10,422 nt of DNA, taken from Chthonomonadales bacterium. Lineage in GTDB: Bacteria > Armatimonadota > Chthonomonadetes > Chthonomonadales > Chthonomonadaceae. Under the pieces are notes generated by a model. It was not told the origin of the DNA. It saw only the letters and a program-made list of their open reading frames with translations, and searched no databases. Shown here one piece after another: positions 5,487 to 10,422 of the stretch (position 1 is its first letter; each line of letters begins with the position of its first letter). Both the position numbers and the translations under genes were made by a program. The DNA is taken from contig JBBQPO010000223.1 of assembly GCA_038217285.1 (NCBI GenBank), positions 1-10,422 of the forward strand. The letters are read 5' to 3'.

Positions 5487-7934
5487 TTGGTTACCCCGCA
5501 GATGGTTCGCGACATGGGCCTCAACGCCGCCGAGTATCAGCAGATCCTCGGTATCCTGGGCCGGGAACCGACCTATACCGAGCTGGGGATGTTCTCCGTG
5601 ATGTGGTCGGAACACTGTGGATATAAGTATTCCCGCCCGGTGCTGGCGCTGTTCAAGAACTATAAAGAGGCGCAGGAGAGCGGCGCACTGGAAAATGCGG
5701 GCGTCATTCCCCTGGATGAGAACCTCGGCATCGTCTTCAAAGTCGAATCGCACAACCACCCTTCCGCTGTCGAGCCGTTCCAGGGCGCGGCCACCGGCGT
5801 CGGCGGCATTCTCCGCGACATCTTCACCATGGGCGCGCGGCCTATCGCCAACCTCAACTCCCTCCGCTTCGGTCCCCTCGATGAGCCGCGCAATCGCTAC
5901 CTGTTCGAACAAGTCGTCGCCGGGATCTCGCACTACGGCAACTGTGTGGGCGTGCCGACGGTCGCGGGTGAGATCTATTTTCATCCCTGCTACAGCGGCA
6001 ATCCCCTGGTAAACGCTATGTCGGTCGGCGTGGTGGAGTTGAAGAACGTGGCGAGCGCCGCCGCGAAGGGCGTCGGGAACCCCGTCGTCTATGTCGGCAG
6101 CGCGACGGGCAAAGACGGCATTCATGGCGCGACCTTCGCCAGTGTCGAGCTCGGCCCCGACAGTGAGAGCAAACGCCCGAATGTGCAGATGGGCGACCCG
6201 TTCCTGGAAAAACTGCTAATCGAGGCCACGCTGGAAGCCCTGGCGAGCGGCTATATCGTCGGCATTCAGGATATGGGCGCGGCGGTACTGACCTGCTCCA
6301 CCTGCGAGACGGCGGCGAAAGCCGGAACGGGCATGGAGATCGACGTGCGCAAGGTTCCCCTGCGCGAGGCCGACATGACCTCCTACGAGATCATGCTCTC
6401 CGAGTCTCAGGAGCGGATGCTCTGCATCGTCGAAAAAGGCAAAGAGCAGCACATTCTCGACATTTTCAAGAAGTGGGGACTAAATGCCGCCGTGATCGGC
6501 GTGGTGACGGACGATGGCCTGACCCGCATCAAGGACAACGGCGTCGTGGTGGCGGAGATACGCGCCAAAGCCCTTACCGACGAGTGCCCCGTCTACACTT
6601 TGGAGACAGCGGAGCCGGACTATATCAAGCAGTTGCAGGCGTTCGACCTGACCTCTCTGCCGGAGCCGATCATCGCCCTCATTACGGAAGAGGACGAAGC
6701 CGAAGAAGAGGCTCAGGAATCGCTGCCCGAGGAGGACGAAGAGACGTCCGAGGCCGACGACGAAAGTTTCGAAGTGGAAGAGGATGGCGTGGCGGAGACG
6801 TTCCCGCAGATCGAGGCGGCGCTGGCGCATCCCCGCTTCGTGCCGGGGCAGACCACCTATGCCGATGTGTTCTGGAGCCTGCTCGATTCGCCGAGCCTCG
6901 CGAGCAAAGCCTGGGTCACCGACCAGTACGACAGCATGGTGCAGACGCAGACCGTGACGCTGCCCGGCTCGGACGCGGCGATTCTGCGGATTCGCGGCTC
7001 GAAGAAGGGCATCGCGCTCAAACTGGATGGGAATGGGCGCTACGGCCACCTCGATCCCTTCGTCGGCGGTCAGATCGCGGTTGCGGAGGCGGCGCGGAAC
7101 GTGGTCTGTGTCGGGGCGCGGCCGGTCGCTGTGACCGACAACCTGAATTTCGCCAGCCCCGAGAAGCCGACCGGCTTCTGGCAGTTCCGCCGCTCGGTGG
7201 AAGGGATCGTCAGCGCGACCGAGGCGTTCGGAACGCCGGTCGTCTCGGGCAATGTCTCCTTCTACAACGAGACGCCGGAGTACGGCCCGATCCATCCGAC
7301 GCCGACCATCGGAATGCTGGGCATTCTGGACGACGTGAATCGCCGCTGCACCGCAGGCTTCCGGGAAGACGGCGAAGGCGATACCGTCGTGCTCCTGACG
7401 GCCTACGACGATCCGACCGGGGGACTGGGCGGCAGCGAGTATCTGAGCCTGGTGCATGGCGAGGAGGCGGGCGTGCCGCCTCGCCTCGATCTCGAAGGGG
7501 AGAAACGCCTGCACACCCTGCTGCTCGAAGGCATCGGTGAGGGCCTGTTCGCCTCCTGCCACGATGTCTCCGACGGCGGCCTGGCGCTCAACCTGGCGGA
7601 GAGCGCGATGATGGGCTGCATCGGCGCGCTTATTCTGCTCAACCGCAACGATTTTCCGGGCGAGCTGCCGCCCTCCGCCCTCCTCTTCGGAGAGGCGCAG
7701 GGTCGGGCCGTCGTCACGGTCCGGAACGAGAAGCAGTTCACGAAGCTGAAAGAGCGCGGCGAGAAGCTGGGCATCCGCGTCGCCTGGATCGGGACCGTAG
7801 GCGGCGGAAACCTGCGCATCGCGCAGGGGCCGGATATCCTTTTCGACCTCCCAGTTGCACAGATCAACCGGGTTTCGCAAAACGCTCTCCCGCGCCGCAT
7901 GAACACCCGGGCTGAGGAGGCAGTGCTGAGTTAA
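5487..7934 (+). CDS. purL: Phosphoribosylformylglycinamidine synthase subunit PurL (small type, FGAM synthase II)
   Basis: Motifs MWSEHCGYK, FKVESHNHPSAVEPFQGAATGVGGILRD, GKDGIHGATFAS, EIMLSESQERM, QYDSMV, VVSGNVSFYNET and HDVSDGGL. The start is reassigned to in-frame TTG 5487 after RBS GGAGGAG (5472-5478), because the track start at 5445 lies inside the leader hairpin. Confidence 0.97.
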   Translation: MVTPQMVRDMGLNAAEYQQILGILGREPTYTELGMFSVMWSEHCGYKYSRPVLALFKNYKEAQESGALENAGVIPLDENLGIVFKVESHNHPSAVEPFQGAATGVGGILRDIFTMGARPIANLNSLRFGPLDEPRNRYLFEQVVAGISHYGNCVGVPTVAGEIYFHPCYSGNPLVNAMSVGVVELKNVASAAAKGVGNPVVYVGSATGKDGIHGATFASVELGPDSESKRPNVQMGDPFLEKLLIEATLEALASGYIVGIQDMGAAVLTCSTCETAAKAGTGMEIDVRKVPLREADMTSYEIMLSESQERMLCIVEKGKEQHILDIFKKWGLNAAVIGVVTDDGLTRIKDNGVVVAEIRAKALTDECPVYTLETAEPDYIKQLQAFDLTSLPEPIIALITEEDEAEEEAQESLPEEDEETSEADDESFEVEEDGVAETFPQIEAALAHPRFVPGQTTYADVFWSLLDSPSLASKAWVTDQYDSMVQTQTVTLPGSDAAILRIRGSKKGIALKLDGNGRYGHLDPFVGGQIAVAEAARNVVCVGARPVAVTDNLNFASPEKPTGFWQFRRSVEGIVSATEAFGTPVVSGNVSFYNETPEYGPIHPTPTIGMLGILDDVNRRCTAGFREDGEGDTVVLLTAYDDPTGGLGGSEYLSLVHGEEAGVPPRLDLEGEKRLHTLLLEGIGEGLFASCHDVSDGGLALNLAESAMMGCIGALILLNRNDFPGELPPSALLFGEAQGRAVVTVRNEKQFTKLKERGEKLGIRVAWIGTVGGGNLRIAQGPDILFDLPVAQINRVSQNALPRRMNTRAEEAVLS

Positions 7935-7971
7935 TCACCACGCCGCTGAAGAGGCGGCAATTTCCTGATTG

Positions 7972-8009
7972 TAACGTTCGTAGTACCGTACTCGTAACAA
8001 ATAACGTTC
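7972..8009. promoter_or_regulatory. Candidate operator: two TAACGTTC direct repeats upstream of purF
   Basis: TAACGTTC at 7972-7979 and 8002-8009 (30-bp period), each with a palindromic AACGTT core. They flank the palindrome AGTAC-C-GTACT (7982-7992) in an AT-rich patch. Confidence 0.4.
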
Positions 8010-8184
8010 CTGTTCACATGCTCTGGCGACAGCGCCGGAGACGAGACGACGCGGTTCCAGCCGCACGACCTGACCTTCTATGGCCCTCGGGCCATACCGA
8101 GCAACGAGCAGAGAGACGATTCCCTCTCGGAACGATCTCTCCACACCGTCCTGTCGTCGCCCTGTGCGAAGGAGCCACTGTAAT

Positions 8185-9735
8185 ATGCACTTCCATCACC
8201 CCCGGCCTGGTGGAGCCCTGATTCCACTCGAAGCCCTGTCGCCACCCGTCCCGCTCCCCTCTCACGATTCCGAGTGGGAACAGGACACTCCCAAAGAAGA
8301 GTGCGGTGTCTTCGGAATTTTCGCTCCTGGGGAAGATGTGTCGCGTATCACCTTCTTCGGCCTCTTCGCCCTGCAGCACCGCGGGCAGGAGAGCGCGGGC
8401 ATCGCCGTCTCCGATGGCCGCAATCTGCAGATCCACAAAGGCATGGGGCTCGTCACCCAGGTTTTTCAGGAAGAGAACATCAAAAAGCTGAAGGGCATCA
8501 GCGCTATCGGTCATACCCGCTACTCCACCACCGGCTCCAGTATCCTCTGCAATGCCCAGCCTCTCACCTGTCTCTCTCGCGTCGGGGACATCTCCGTAGC
8601 CCACAACGGCAACCTCGTCAATACCGCGTCGCTCCGCGCCGAACTGCAGGCGGAAGGCGTGAAGTTCGAGACCACCAACGATAGCGAAGTGATCGCGCAG
8701 TTGCTGGCCAAGTATCATCAGGGCTGCATCGAGGAGACCATGAAGCAGGTCATGCAGCGGCTGCAGGGGGCCTACTCGCTCGTCGTCCTGACGGGCAGTC
8801 AGCTCGTCGGTGCGCGCGACCCTTACGGCATCCGTCCGCTCTGCCTGGGAGTCATCAACGGCGAGCACTACGTCCTCGCTTCCGAGTCGTGCGCGTTCGT
8901 GCCGGTCGGCGCGGAGTATATGCGCGAAGTCGAGCCAGGTGAGGTGATCGTGATCGACATGGACGGTCAGCGCGAGGTTCAGGCGATCCCGACGGCCCGC
9001 CATGCGACATGTCTGCTGGAGTTCATCTACTTCGCCCGTCCCGACTCGATGCTCTACAACCATTCGCTTCATCAGGCCCGCCGTCGGATGGGGCAGCAGT
9101 TGGCGAAAGAGTTCCCCTGCCCGGAGGCGCATGTCGTGATCCCGGTTCCGGATACCGGCGTCCCTGCCGCCATCGGCTTCGCCGAGGCCTCCCGCATCCC
9201 CTTCGGCGAAGGGATCATCAAGAGCCGCTACATCCAGCGCACCTTCATTCAGCCGAGTCAGCGGATGCGGGATCTGGGCGCGCGCATGAAGTATACGCCG
9301 CTGCGGGAGACGCTGGCGGGCAAAAAAGTCATTATGGTGGACGACACCATCGTGCGCGGCACGACCACGGGCAAACTGGTGAAGATGCTCTACGACGCCG
9401 GGGCGAAGGAAGTCCATGTGCGTATCACCGCGCCGCCCGTCAAGCATCCCTGCTACTACGGCATCGACATGGCGAACCAGGATGAGCTGATCGGCGCCAA
9501 AAAGTCCATTGAGGAGATTCGACGTCATATCGGGGCGGCCTCCCTCGGCTACCTCTCGATGGACGGCGTCATGAAGGCCATCGGCATGGGCAAAGAGAAC
9601 TTCTGCCGCGCCTGCTTCGACGGCAAGTATCCCATTCCCGTCCCGCAGGATGTCCGCAATACCAAGCTGATGCTGGAGAACAAGCGGCATGGCGAAGAGG
9701 GTGGCCCCGACGACGGCTCCCCCGAAACCGGCTGA
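8185..9735 (+). CDS. purF: Amidophosphoribosyltransferase, propeptide- and [4Fe-4S]-containing type
   Basis: PKEE|CGVFG (Ntn Cys at 8302-8304), ALQHRGQESAG, GHTRYSTTG, AHNGNL, PVPDTG, VDDTIVRGTT. Cluster cysteines in ATCLLEFIYF, PCYYGID and CRAC. Start placed at ATG 8185 after AAGGAG (8169-8174) rather than at 8080. Confidence 0.97.
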   Translation: MHFHHPRPGGALIPLEALSPPVPLPSHDSEWEQDTPKEECGVFGIFAPGEDVSRITFFGLFALQHRGQESAGIAVSDGRNLQIHKGMGLVTQVFQEENIKKLKGISAIGHTRYSTTGSSILCNAQPLTCLSRVGDISVAHNGNLVNTASLRAELQAEGVKFETTNDSEVIAQLLAKYHQGCIEETMKQVMQRLQGAYSLVVLTGSQLVGARDPYGIRPLCLGVINGEHYVLASESCAFVPVGAEYMREVEPGEVIVIDMDGQREVQAIPTARHATCLLEFIYFARPDSMLYNHSLHQARRRMGQQLAKEFPCPEAHVVIPVPDTGVPAAIGFAEASRIPFGEGIIKSRYIQRTFIQPSQRMRDLGARMKYTPLRETLAGKKVIMVDDTIVRGTTTGKLVKMLYDAGAKEVHVRITAPPVKHPCYYGIDMANQDELIGAKKSIEEIRRHIGAASLGYLSMDGVMKAIGMGKENFCRACFDGKYPIPVPQDVRNTKLMLENKRHGEEGGPDDGSPETG

Positions 9736-9809
9736 TTTCTCTGAACCCGTTCCCATCGTGTTTCCGTCCAACGGGGTATAGGAAACAAAATGAGGAGGAG
9801 ACGAAGACA

Positions 9810-10422
9810 ATGGCTACCATTACGATAAGCAGACCATCGGTCGGGCAGCTTGCGTTGCTGACGACCGCCGCACTGACCTCGGCGGTCGTGGTGCGCTATT
9901 TCGGCAGCCGCAAAGCGAGCGCGGCGGAGCGGCTGACGGAGGGTCTGCTGGAGACGACCCGCCTGCATACCGCCGTAGGGCATCTGCCCGACGCTTCCCA
10001 TCTCGCGCTGGCGGAGTGCGGAGGCTACCTCCTGAACGTCGCGCTCCGGGCCGCGCCGGGAGTCGGTATCGCGCGCGGAGACGACGACCCGATCGGGTCC
10101 AGCCGCACGCAGACGCACAGCTTCACGGGCACCACCGCGACGGTCCGCACAGAATCCGCCGCGCCGGATCGGACCATCAACTATACTGTCACCATCCCGG
10201 ACATCGGGGAGGTGCGTGGTATCCGACGCGTCGGCGCGCTGCAGATGGAAGGCTTCGTGCCCGCCCACGCCACGCCGGACACCGTGCAGATCGTGCTGGC
10301 CGACGGCTATACGGCGCAGATCGAGACGGACCTGCACACGGCGGAAAATATGATTGTCGGCAAGGACCGGGTCTTCGGCTCGCTCGCCCTGCACGACAAC
10401 CAGGGCAATGCCGGACACATCC
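9810..10422 (+). CDS. Hypothetical protein with N-terminal membrane anchor/signal, 3' truncated by window edge
   Basis: Strong RBS GAGGAGG (9792-9798) and ATG 9810, open for 204 codons to the window end with GC3-rich codons: MATITISRPSVGQLALLTTAALTSAVVVRYFGSRK...TINYTVTIPDIGEVRG...VQIVLADGYTAQIETD...FGSLALHDNQGNAGHI. Absent from the ORF track because there is no stop in the window. Confidence 0.8.
   Translation, partial: MATITISRPSVGQLALLTTAALTSAVVVRYFGSRKASAAERLTEGLLETTRLHTAVGHLPDASHLALAECGGYLLNVALRAAPGVGIARGDDDPIGSSRTQTHSFTGTTATVRTESAAPDRTINYTVTIPDIGEVRGIRRVGALQMEGFVPAHATPDTVQIVLADGYTAQIETDLHTAENMIVGKDRVFGSLALHDNQGNAGHI

Noticed and set aside
5424-7906. Alternative ORFs over purL (5424-6125 -, 6473-7540 +, 6480-7880 -, 7403-7906 -)
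   Set aside because: Off-frame or antisense shadows of purL, with no family motifs.
7942-7965. Hairpin GCCGC-N7-GCGGC after purL as a terminator
   Set aside because: Only a 5-bp stem with a poor U-tail, too weak to call.
8053-8175. Calling the purF leader a canonical PRPP/ykkC, ZTP or purine riboswitch
   Set aside because: Only short word matches are present. The conserved 3' ykkC stem with its AAAAG loop and the core motifs of the other classes are not visible, so it is kept only as an unclassified candidate.
9337-9369. PurF PRPP-binding motif VDDTIVRGTT instead of VDDSIVRGTT
   Set aside because: A conservative Ser->Thr change, unlikely to matter functionally.
8014-9810. 598-aa minus-strand ORF
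   Set aside because: Antisense shadow of purF; GC-rich codon bias suppresses stops on the opposite strand, and it has no recognisable motifs.
9549-10418. 289-aa minus-strand ORF
   Set aside because: It overlaps the purF 3' end and is antisense to the + strand ORF at 9810, which has a strong RBS and better codon usage.

Overview
GC-rich bacterial chromosomal window containing a split de novo purine biosynthesis cluster. It starts with the 3' end of purQ, followed by two co-oriented secreted-enzyme genes (an alpha/beta-hydrolase esterase and a putative glycoside hydrolase) and a perfect 21-bp inverted repeat. A three-gene minus-strand operon follows (ECF sigma factor, zinc-binding membrane anti-sigma, HtrA-like PDZ protein), then purL, purF and the 5' part of an unknown gene that runs off the window. 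The main finding is that the HtrA-like protein has lost two of its three catalytic residues (His->Asp, Asp->Asn; Ser kept) and carries an 82-aa segment where HtrA loop L2 is normally short. This suggests an ECF/anti-sigma/pseudoprotease envelope-signalling module. Other points: a terminator-like hairpin between the purL promoter and its RBS, a structured ~250-nt purF leader with a repeated operator-like motif, and a highly acidic insertion in PurL. No tRNA, rRNA, CRISPR array or mobile element was seen. All family assignments come from motif recognition by eye, not database searches.
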